This document shows positions 9,305 to 15,696 of a stretch of DNA of 44,553 bases, piece after piece (within the stretch, counting starts at the first letter, position 1; every line of letters starts with the position of its first letter). The DNA comes from a virus. Where the stretch lies: IMG/VR virus record IMGVR_UViG_3300037474_000099. One strand, written 5' to 3'. The notes beneath the pieces were generated by a model. The model made no database searches and had not been told where the DNA came from. It saw only the letters and a list, made by a program, of their open reading frames with translations. The position numbers were made by a program, and so were the translations under genes.

Positions 9305-10825
9305 TTAATATCCGGTTAAGTTATCTCTATTTGATTTTACAACACGTTCAATGCGTCTTTCTTCAGATTCAAAATCATGTTTTGATTTTGCAACCCAATC
9401 AAACAATGACGTTATGTATTTTAAAGCATCCATTAAATGATCTGCTTGATTTTTGGCTGGTTTATTTGGATCTTTAGAATCATATCTATAAATTCTAAGT
9501 TCATTTAATGTATTTTGTAAAGTAGAAAAAATTTTTAATTTACCGGTCTCAAATAAACCTAAAACACGAGCTATACCGGCTTCTATTGCATTTTCTCCTT
9601 CGGTTAAATCTAATCCTAAAGATCTATAAATATCTATTAACATTCTTCCATCGGCATTTCGACCTCCGCCTGATGGATCGCATATTCCTGGTATCCACGA
9701 ACCTTTGGCTTTTATACTTTCAGCGTGAATTAGAGGTAATTCTTCTCCTCTATAATATTCTGAATAAATATATAGTTCGTCCGTCGAAGGATCTTTAGCT
9801 CCCCAAAGTACTGCAGTCTTATGCCAACCAAAATCCATTGCGAAACATCTTGGCCAATAGTCTGGAATCATAAAAGGTTTTACAGTAATTAAATCTTCAT
9901 CAACTGGATAAATTCTTCCTGATCCTAATGTAGGAATACCTTTTCTTCTCGCATCTCGTTCATGTTTTGGAATTTGATTAATCATAGTTTCCTGATCTTC
10001 TTTTGAAAGATGAGGAACTTGACTCCATTCTACCCGACAAATATATTGATCGGGGTTTTCTATGGGACTACCCGTGGAGGGAAATTGTCCATTAGGTAAA
10101 AATTTTAAAACTACTTCACTTAACCCTTTTAAAGGAGTAAATGCTAACATAGCGATTCCAGGTTCTTTAGATTTACCTATACCCATTAATCGCATCAAAC
10201 ATTCTGTATAGATATCTTCTCTGGGTTCTTCATCAAACAGAATTACATCTACTTTTGCTGCTTGAAACTGTTCTCGTTGCATTTCGTTAGTTTTAACAAT
10301 TAGAGAAACAGTATGTCCTGACATATGTTTAATAATAGCTGAACCGATTGCTCCCGGTGTACCTGGCATTGCATAATAATCGACAATACCGCAACCATTA
10401 TTCTTTTCAGCTAATGGAAGAAGGCCTGTTCCTATTTCTTCTCCAGCTTCTCCAAATAATAAGCGTTGAGCAGAATCTCTAAATAATGCTCCAGATTCTC
10501 CAATAATCCAAACTGTAGTAGGTTTTTTAAATTTCTTTCCTTCCCACCAATCTGGATACATTCCGGTTAAATGAAAACATAGTTCAACTAAAGTTGTAAA
10601 ACTTTTACCCGAACGATTGCCGCCCATATAAACTCTGAATCTATGATCTTTTCCTTTTTTCATAAATTCCATAGCCGGTCCATATAAATCTCTTCTTAAT
10701 GGACCCTTATCCGGAAATACTAATTTTAATTTATTATACTTATTATATTCAGATAAAGCTTGAAGTGATTCAGCTATTTCTGCAAGTTCTAGATCAGTTT
10801 TATTATTCAGATTGGTCAGATTCAT
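9305..10825 (-). CDS. terL: Terminase large subunit
   Basis: Walker A YMGGNRSGKSFT, Walker B VDVILFDEEP, and a C-terminal RNaseH-like nuclease region (FAMDFGW...CDPSGGG...DAL). 506 aa. Confidence 0.9.
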   Translation of the reverse strand: MNLTNLNNKTDLELAEIAESLQALSEYNKYNKLKLVFPDKGPLRRDLYGPAMEFMKKGKDHRFRVYMGGNRSGKSFTTLVELCFHLTGMYPDWWEGKKFKKPTTVWIIGESGALFRDSAQRLLFGEAGEEIGTGLLPLAEKNNGCGIVDYYAMPGTPGAIGSAIIKHMSGHTVSLIVKTNEMQREQFQAAKVDVILFDEEPREDIYTECLMRLMGIGKSKEPGIAMLAFTPLKGLSEVVLKFLPNGQFPSTGSPIENPDQYICRVEWSQVPHLSKEDQETMINQIPKHERDARRKGIPTLGSGRIYPVDEDLITVKPFMIPDYWPRCFAMDFGWHKTAVLWGAKDPSTDELYIYSEYYRGEELPLIHAESIKAKGSWIPGICDPSGGGRNADGRMLIDIYRSLGLDLTEGENAIEAGIARVLGLFETGKLKIFSTLQNTLNELRIYRYDSKDPNKPAKNQADHLMDALKYITSLFDWVAKSKHDFESEERRIERVVKSNRDNLTGY

Positions 10826-11258
10826 CGGTAACCTGCGGCGTTACATCAATTATATCTAATTCTTGTAATTTATTTTTAATAAACTCCAATCGTTCATCTC
10901 TAGTTTGAGTATTTAAAACATTCATATTTTGTATATTAATATTCGTTTGTGAATCGGAATTTTTATTCCATCCAAACTTCCTATTCATAAACGCTATCCA
11001 ATAATTAAATGCTTTATTGTCCTGGTTGGACATTAACTCCATTCCTTTCTGTTCCCACCATACTTCACAAAGAGCTAGTCCTTTTTCATGGGCTTCTTTA
11101 AGTTCTGGTTTTTCTTTAAGCCAAGTATAAAATGTTTCTTTGCTTATATTCCATCTAGCATATATCCAACTATCTTTGGCTCCATTAGACATCATATCTA
11201 ACATTTCATTGGGCATTTCTTCACGATAAACAGTGGGACGTGCCATATTATTTTCCAT
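10803..11258 (-). CDS. terS: Terminase small subunit (GP3_package-like HTH)
   Basis: ISKETFYTWLKEKPELKEAHEKG helix-turn-helix pattern. Directly upstream of TerL and overlapping it. Confidence 0.7.
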   Translation of the reverse strand: MENNMARPTVYREEMPNEMLDMMSNGAKDSWIYARWNISKETFYTWLKEKPELKEAHEKGLALCEVWWEQKGMELMSNQDNKAFNYWIAFMNRKFGWNKNSDSQTNINIQNMNVLNTQTRDERLEFIKNKLQELDIIDVTPQVTDESDQSE

Positions 11259-11333
11259 TATTTTTGAACCGGAACTTTACCTGGAGATTCTTCTCGCCGT
11301 TGTTTTTTCGGATTCATTCCATCTTTAGCCATT

Positions 11334-11576
11334 TTATCGACCTCTTTTAAAATATAATTCAAATAATCTTTTAATACTATCTTTAATCTCTGTCATATCT
11401 TCTTTGACTGGATCTAATTTATCTGATAGCATCTGTCGTACCTGTGTTTCTGTAACGACAGAATTTAAATCCTGTTCTAATTTTTCTATGCGTGACATGA
11501 TACTCCTCACAAAAAACGCTCCTATGCCTGCTAGTATAGGTATAACTATAGAGGCTATAGTAATGAACATTTCCAT
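11334..11576 (-). CDS. N-terminally anchored membrane protein with coiled coil (lysis accessory or spanin-like?)
   Basis: The first ~25 aa are hydrophobic (FITIASIVIPILAGIGAFFV), followed by a charged helix. Adjacent to the holin-like gene. Confidence 0.45.
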   Translation of the reverse strand: MEMFITIASIVIPILAGIGAFFVRSIMSRIEKLEQDLNSVVTETQVRQMLSDKLDPVKEDMTEIKDSIKRLFELYFKRGR

Positions 11577-11577
11577 A

Positions 11578-12006
11578 TTATACCAACTTTTTAGTTATGA
11601 AAGTTTTTAGTACGGATCCTATATTTAATTGTGTCATAATCTTTTCAATAGTTCTGCATGGAATATAACCCATTACACCTACTTTTAAAAGATCTAAAAC
11701 TTCTTGCATCATGGGAGAAAGAGGTTTGTCAAAATTAGGAGGGACGTAACCAAAAAACCAAGATCCAATTATTACCATTAAAAGGACCATTAATACAGGT
11801 CTCCAGGTTCTTTCTAACCAAGAACCTTGAGTCAATATTTGAGAAATAGCATTTGCAGAAGCAGTTACACTTGCAGCATCCGCATCATTTAATTTATTAA
11901 CTGATTCTAAAGCTGATTGAATTGTTTTTGCTTGTTCGCCCTTAAATCCAAATAGGCCTGTGAAGAAAGAAGAAACACCACTGATAAGCAAAGTTAAGAA
12001 AGGCAT
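11578..12006 (-). CDS. GTA-type 3-TM holin-like protein
   Basis: N-terminal GxxGxxxG-rich helix, then the central W.ERTWRPVLMVLLMVIIGSWFF segment characteristic of the 'holin of 3 TMs for gene-transfer release' family (recognised from memory). Confidence 0.55.
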   Translation of the reverse strand: MPFLTLLISGVSSFFTGLFGFKGEQAKTIQSALESVNKLNDADAASVTASANAISQILTQGSWLERTWRPVLMVLLMVIIGSWFFGYVPPNFDKPLSPMMQEVLDLLKVGVMGYIPCRTIEKIMTQLNIGSVLKTFITKKLV

Positions 12007-12031
12007 CTGATTAATTCTTATAATTATACCG

Positions 12032-12059
12032 TTGACATTGCCAGTATATGTGTTAATAT
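12032..12059 (+). promoter_or_regulatory. Near-consensus sigma70 promoter pointing against the late operon
   Basis: TTGACA (12032-12037), 16-nt spacer, TAATAT (12054-12059). Confidence 0.55.
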
Positions 12060-12065
12060 AACTAA

Positions 12066-12222
12066 AATACTAGCTTATTAGAATAAGAGGGTTTATGACC
12101 TAGTGACCCAATACACCGTGATTAGATATTTTCCCGTCTTTATTCAGTATCGTCTCTTAATCATATTCGGGGTGCGGCTGTTGACGTTATCTCTGTATTA
12201 AGTTCTTAGTCGGCGCAGATGC
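12066..12222 (+). ncRNA. Candidate antisense RNA (~155 nt) opposite the leader of the holin-like gene
   Basis: Would start downstream of the 12032 promoter. The stretch is locally GC-richer and lacks ORFs. The hairpin GTCGGCGCAGATGCGGGAC followed by TTT at ~12199-12222 is a possible 3' end. Confidence 0.3.
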
Positions 12223-12245
12223 GGGACTTTAACTGCCGTGAATGT

Positions 12246-12374
12246 CTATTCTTTCATTGCTTCAATAGCAACTCTTACTTTCTCTATCTTATCCTTGATA
12301 ATTGGAACAACTTTAATCGCTACTCCAACTCCTGCGGCAAATCCTATTGAAAATACTCCTAACATTAATAACAT
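12246..12374 (-). CDS. 42-aa single-TM peptide (MLLMLGVFSIGFAAGVGVAIKVVPIIKDKIEKVRVAIEAMKE)
   Basis: My own translation (below the ORF-track cutoff). GGGAG RBS lies 5 nt upstream of the ATG at 12374; TAG at 12248-12246. Gly-zipper TM plus an amphipathic charged tail. Confidence 0.55.
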   Translation of the reverse strand: MLLMLGVFSIGFAAGVGVAIKVVPIIKDKIEKVRVAIEAMKE

Positions 12375-12383
12375 AATAACTCC

Positions 12384-12411
12384 CTAAAAATAAGAGCAGT
12401 CAGGCCTGCTC
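12384..12411 (-). terminator. Intrinsic terminator (second one in the late leader)
   Basis: On the minus strand: GAGCAG-gcctga-CTGCTC followed by TTATTTTTA, directly abutting the RBS of the 42-aa ORF. Confidence 0.6.
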
Positions 12412-12523
12412 AGTCCCCTACTTTCGTATTATGAATTTTTTGGTATCAGGTTGTAGGCACCTTGTTCTGCATTGCACAGAAAGACTCTGTATTATATATT
12501 CTAATAGATCAGAGTCTGTAAAG

Positions 12524-12676
12524 CTAATTTAACTGTTTACCACAGTCTAGACATAGTATTAAACCATCATCAGTTGAAAATTCAATCCATGTTCCATCAA
12601 CTACAGCATTTAAAATTTCTTCATGTTTTAGATTATTAAATAACTTAAATTGAATATCTTTATGGCTACAGTTCAT
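12524..12676 (-). CDS. 50-aa protein (MNCSHKDIQFKLFNNLKHEEILNAVVDGTWIEFSTDDGLILCLDCGKQLN)
   Basis: My own translation. ATG at 12676, TAG at 12526-12524. C-terminal CxxC. Confidence 0.45.
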   Translation of the reverse strand: MNCSHKDIQFKLFNNLKHEEILNAVVDGTWIEFSTDDGLILCLDCGKQLN

Positions 12677-12694
12677 TTAATATTACCTAGTAGT

Positions 12695-12730
12695 ATAAAT
12701 AAAAAAGGAACATCCTGTCGCCGTGTTCCT
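12695..12730 (-). terminator. Intrinsic terminator closing a ~110-nt leader RNA
   Basis: On the minus strand: AGGAACA-cggcgacagga-TGTTCCT (7-bp stem, + coordinates 12706-12730) followed by TTTTTTATTTAT. Confidence 0.6.
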
Positions 12731-12812
12731 GTAGCGTATAGCTTCTAGTCCATGACTATTTCATTCTGACAATTACTGCTATATAGTATATTTTAAATAA
12801 ATTTGTACTTAC
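12700..12812 (-). ncRNA. Candidate short terminated leader RNA (6S-RNA-like product of the late promoter)
   Basis: Defined only by the promoter at 12819-12847 and the terminator at 12695-12730. No ORF longer than 2 codons lies inside. Confidence 0.35.
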
Positions 12813-12818
12813 TTATAT

Positions 12819-12847
12819 AGTATAATAGACAAATCAATATTTGTCAA
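12819..12847 (-). promoter_or_regulatory. Near-consensus sigma70 promoter with an embedded palindrome (candidate late promoter)
   Basis: On the minus strand: TTGACA (12847-12842), 17 nt, TATACT (12824-12819). The spacer contains the inverted repeat GACAAAT-attg-ATTTGTC, which overlaps the -35. Confidence 0.6.
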
Positions 12848-12878
12848 GTATTTTATAAATATAATTTATTAGTTTTAT

Positions 12879-13064
12879 TTAACTTTCTTTTACGGTTTTA
12901 AACCAACCGGATCCTTTTAATTTAAAAGAACTTAAAGATATTATTTTTTTCAAAGAGTTAGGATCATTACAGCTAGGACATATATGATTATGTTCCTCAG
13001 TAGAATTTTCAAATAATTCAAGCAGATGGGAACATTGTGTACATTTATATTCGTATATTGGCAT
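12879..13064 (-). CDS. FmdB/CxxC_CxxC_SSSS-type zinc-ribbon protein (61 aa)
   Basis: MPIYEYKCTQCSH....CPSC signature of the FmdB putative-regulator zinc-ribbon family. Confidence 0.65.
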   Translation of the reverse strand: MPIYEYKCTQCSHLLELFENSTEEHNHICPSCNDPNSLKKIISLSSFKLKGSGWFKTVKES

Positions 13065-13074
13065 TTTAAAATCT

Positions 13075-13566
13075 CTAAAGTAATTCTAATACTATTCCTT
13101 CAAAATAATTTACGGTATTATAATTATTTGGCGAGGCTATAGAATTAGTTATATATGCTTGACCGTTTATGCAAGGAACAGCCCATACTCTATCGCCACA
13201 ATCTAATTTTATTTTCCGAGTTATTCTATTAGATTGATTGTATTTAACATTTTGATTAGAAGGTTGATAAGCTACTGAATCATCTCCAGCTATTTCTCCA
13301 CCGATTGATCCATCAGGGGGTGGTAATATATTTTTAATAATTAACAATGTGAGGCCGGAATCTTGAGCTGGCCTTTCCCATAGAATATTAGCATGAAATT
13401 CTACAATCATAGGACATGACGCTACAAAACAAGAATTTACTGTGTCAAAACAACCAGTTGTATCCCATTCAAGAAGGTCACATTTTAACGGGGTGTGACG
13501 TGAATAAGGAATGAATAATTGATGGCCAACTGAATAAGCATGAAATGATGAAAGAGGTTTTACCAT
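13075..13566 (-). CDS. Stand-alone C1q/TNF-like jelly-roll domain protein (putative)
   Basis: FHAYS..., ...GCFDTVNSCFVASCPMIVEFHANI..., LLIIKN..., GDRVWAV..., NYFEGIVLE follow the order of conserved C1q-globular-domain strands (FSA / tG.F.cp.pG.Y.F / l.kN / GD.VwV / FsGfLl). AGGAG RBS. Confidence 0.45.
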   Translation of the reverse strand: MVKPLSSFHAYSVGHQLFIPYSRHTPLKCDLLEWDTTGCFDTVNSCFVASCPMIVEFHANILWERPAQDSGLTLLIIKNILPPPDGSIGGEIAGDDSVAYQPSNQNVKYNQSNRITRKIKLDCGDRVWAVPCINGQAYITNSIASPNNYNTVNYFEGIVLELL

Positions 13567-13637
13567 TTAAAATTTTCTCCTATATTTTTCAAGTACTTGA
13601 CTATTTTAAAAGCGGGTAGTAAGTATAGTGTTAGATG

Positions 13638-13665
13638 TTATGTAACTTACATAAGGGATCCCTTA
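13638..13665. repeat. Compound palindrome upstream of gene 13566
   Basis: TTATGTA-act-TACATAA (13638-13654) overlaps the perfect 14-bp palindrome TAAGGGATCCCTTA (13652-13665). Confidence 0.8.
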
Positions 13666-13737
13666 ACAATTCTTTTCCCCTCCGGGTAGGTCTTTATTCA
13701 GTTATAGAATCCAAGTAAGAATCATTAGGCCAAAGCC

Positions 13738-13757
13738 AGACAGTAAATGTCTTTTTT
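13738..13757 (+). terminator. Weak orphan plus-strand terminator-like hairpin
   Basis: AGACA-gtaaa-TGTCT followed by TTTTT. No annotated plus-strand gene lies upstream. Confidence 0.3.
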
Positions 13758-13830
13758 ATCTAAGATAGACTTAAGATATAATTATTTATTTATATTCAAT
13801 AAGTTATCCAGTTATAATACTATCCTATAT

Positions 13831-13878
13831 ACTAACCTATTGATTATATTAACTAACCTATTGATTATATTAACTAAG
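13831..13878. repeat. 21-bp tandem direct repeat x2.3 (iteron-like)
   Basis: ACTAACCTATTGATTATATTA at 13831-13851 and 13852-13872, then a partial ACTAAG. Followed by 2 x GAGTATTAA (about 13891 and 13911). Confidence 0.85.
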
Positions 13879-13915
13879 TTATAAGTTAGCGAGTATTAAT
13901 TATAGCAAGTGAGTA

Positions 13916-14092
13916 TTAAGTAGAGGGGTTAGGTGTATCATTATCAGGTAACACAGGTAATCTAAGATCATCAGTATGATAAGCAAGAACATCTACAAGA
14001 TAATAAAGAGCATAACAAGGATGACTATCTAATAACTCTATAAACCTTCTATATTCTTCTTTACTTAGGACATCTATATCCCTATCACTCAT
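13916..14092 (-). CDS. 58-aa orphan protein (MSDRDIDVLSKEEYRRFIELLDSHPCYALYYLVDVLAYHTDDLRLPVLPDNDTPNPST)
   Basis: My own translation. GAGGA RBS. Codon usage (CTT, CCT, AGG, GAT) looks different from the rest of the genome. Confidence 0.45.
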   Translation of the reverse strand: MSDRDIDVLSKEEYRRFIELLDSHPCYALYYLVDVLAYHTDDLRLPVLPDNDTPNPST

Positions 14093-14171
14093 CTAACATA
14101 TCCTCGCTAGAAGCTCGTATCTAAGTTCTAAGGTACTTTCTTTTATAAGAGTCAGATAACTAACTACTAAC

Positions 14172-14321
14172 TTATTCATAATCATCATGACCGTTATCTA
14201 ACAACTTATAATTACAAGCTACAAAGTGTTTGATTAATAAAGAATTATCTACTAAGTGAGTAACAGCATCTATCAATACATCAGGAAGATTATCACCACA
14301 TACTGTACATTTAGTCTTCAT
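14172..14321 (-). CDS. 49-aa orphan protein (MKTKCTVCGDNLPDVLIDAVTHLVDNSLLIKHFVACNYKLLDNGHDDYE)
   Basis: My own translation. AGGTG RBS. Its own promoter lies 30 nt upstream. Confidence 0.45.
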   Translation of the reverse strand: MKTKCTVCGDNLPDVLIDAVTHLVDNSLLIKHFVACNYKLLDNGHDDYE

Positions 14322-14351
14322 AAGGCACCTATTTGTTTAATTCTTATACTA

Positions 14352-14379
14352 AGTATAGCATAGGTTATAAAATGTACAA
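14352..14379 (-). promoter_or_regulatory. sigma70-like promoter for the 49/58-aa ORF pair
   Basis: On the minus strand: TTGTAC (14379-14374), 16 nt, TATACT (14357-14352). The -10 is part of the 13-bp palindrome TATACTaAGTATA. Four TAAGATA heptamers (14384-14417) lie immediately upstream. Confidence 0.45.
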
Positions 14380-14673
14380 GTATTAAGATAAGATATAAGA
14401 TATTGATTAATAAGATAAGTTATAAATATTAGGCATAGATTGATCTAGAGCATAGTGATAGATACTTATCTTTAGTTAAAGAACTTAATTAATAACATGA
14501 ACTAATTAACTTATCCACGTTATCCTTAATTAACTTAAGAGCTTGCCTAAGCAAGCGAACCTATCATAAACATAATAAGTTCAAATAGTTATCTATCTTC
14601 CATATCAGCTATGCTGTGTATACTCTAAGTACTCAGACTTAGTTGTCCGTGACTTATACATAACAATCAAATA

Positions 14674-14943
14674 CTAACACTCAGGATCGTCATTATTACT
14701 AGACATTCTTTCACTATCATTGTCCTTCTTACGATCTATGAGTCTATGAGACATGCCCTGACTAAGCTCAATATCCCTAGTTCTATCACGAGCAATATAC
14801 TTATGAACTACCTTACTAACTTCTTCCATTAAATGGTATAACTCATTCTCACTAATGTACTTAACATGTTCATGACTACTACGTCTGTAGTAATCTTCTT
14901 TTCCTTTAAAGGTAAGTTCTATAAGTAATCCGTCATATCTCAT
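14674..14943 (-). CDS. 89-aa highly charged orphan protein
   Basis: ORF track. Isolated, with about 350 nt of non-coding DNA on each side. Confidence 0.5.
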   Translation of the reverse strand: MRYDGLLIELTFKGKEDYYRRSSHEHVKYISENELYHLMEEVSKVVHKYIARDRTRDIELSQGMSHRLIDRKKDNDSERMSSNNDDPEC

Positions 14944-15172
14944 TTTATATCTCTTTGATTATTATAATTATATAAGTGTATACCTTAATTATCAGGTGTA
15001 GATTGATATATAAACTCTAGTAGTTATAAGAACTTATATACACCGCTCTCACGAGGCGTTGATAGATAGTTAATTAGACTAGCTAATCATACTAACAAGT
15101 AATATGCTTTATTTGCTTCAGGGACACATAAGCCCTATATCTGTTTATTTCCTTATTAGTTGGCACTTACTA

Positions 15173-15201
15173 TTGACATCTTCCAATTGTTGTGACATAC
15201 T
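15173..15201 (+). promoter_or_regulatory. Early promoter P1
   Basis: tATTGACA: TTGACA (15173-15178), 17 nt, CATACT (15196-15201). The first plus-strand ORF is ~110 nt downstream. Confidence 0.55.
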
Positions 15202-15311
15202 TATCACATGACCTGTTTATTATCCTTAATGTCCTTCCTCTAGATAAACGAAGGCAAGGTATACATAATAAGTATAGCATATAATTAAAATTTGTCAAGA
15301 AGAGAGTGAAT

Positions 15312-15461
15312 ATGAATGGTATACTATTAGCGATAGTAGCATTAATATATGTTTTAGTAGCGATAAATATGCTATTATCTAATCAAATAGGATTAGGTTG
15401 TACATTTATTTGCTATGCGTTATCTAATGTATTTTTATATATAAGTTCTTTAAATATATGA
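15312..15461 (+). CDS. 49-aa two-TM peptide (MNGILLAIVALIYVLVAINMLLSNQIGLGCTFICYALSNVFLYISSLNI)
   Basis: My own translation. AGAGAG RBS-like sequence. Confidence 0.45.
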   Translation: MNGILLAIVALIYVLVAINMLLSNQIGLGCTFICYALSNVFLYISSLNI

Positions 15462-15468
15462 GGTTAAT

Positions 15469-15627
15469 ATGAATAAATTTAAAGCAATATATGACAATAT
15501 GTTAAGTTTCTTACTAGGGTTATTAATGGGATTATTGTTAGCCTTACTGTTAATTTTAAATGATACGTATAATCAAATAGATACGAATATTGATAACTAT
15601 ATGAATTATAATAATAAATATTTTTAA
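15469..15627 (+). CDS. 52-aa single-TM peptide (MNKFKAIYDNMLSFLLGLLMGLLLALLLILND...)
   Basis: My own translation. AGGT RBS. Confidence 0.45.
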   Translation: MNKFKAIYDNMLSFLLGLLMGLLLALLLILNDTYNQIDTNIDNYMNYNNKYF

Positions 15628-15634
15628 AAAAATA

Positions 15635-15662
15635 TTGACACCTTATATAAATTTGATATACT
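15635..15662 (+). promoter_or_regulatory. Early promoter P2
   Basis: tATTGACA: TTGACA (15635-15640), 16 nt, TATACT (15657-15662). Confidence 0.6.
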
Positions 15663-15696
15663 AAAATTGTAAGATAAATAGATATAAGGAGGGTTT

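Noticed and set aside
11258-11332. 24-aa basic mini-ORF (MAKDGMNPKKQRREESPGKVPVQK) between the 80-aa TM gene and TerS
   Set aside because: It has tidy overlaps but no RBS and no supporting feature. It cannot be distinguished from chance in a 75-nt spacer.
12023-12028. Minus-strand TATAAT 17 nt upstream of the holin-like start codon as the late promoter
   Set aside because: There is no acceptable -35 (ACATAT) or TG extension. The transcript would start only about 10 nt before the ATG. It is kept only as an alternative in the would_refute field of the late-gate finding.
12740-12775. Start-codon/one-codon/stop mini-ORFs (ATG AAA TAG and ATG GAC TAG in the leader RNA; ATG ACC TAG at about 12094 on the plus strand)
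   Set aside because: These are curious, but such triplet combinations are frequent in AT-rich DNA. There is no evidence for a regulatory role.
13655-13662. GGGATCCC/BamHI-type site as a restriction-related signal
   Set aside because: A single 6-8-bp palindrome has no interpretable restriction meaning. It is reported only as part of the longer 14-bp palindrome.
15459-15461. Alternative genetic code (TGA = Trp) given the very AT-rich sequence
   Set aside because: TGA terminates many well-supported ORFs, including the ATGA start/stop overlaps. Trp is encoded by TGG in conserved motifs. The standard bacterial code fits.
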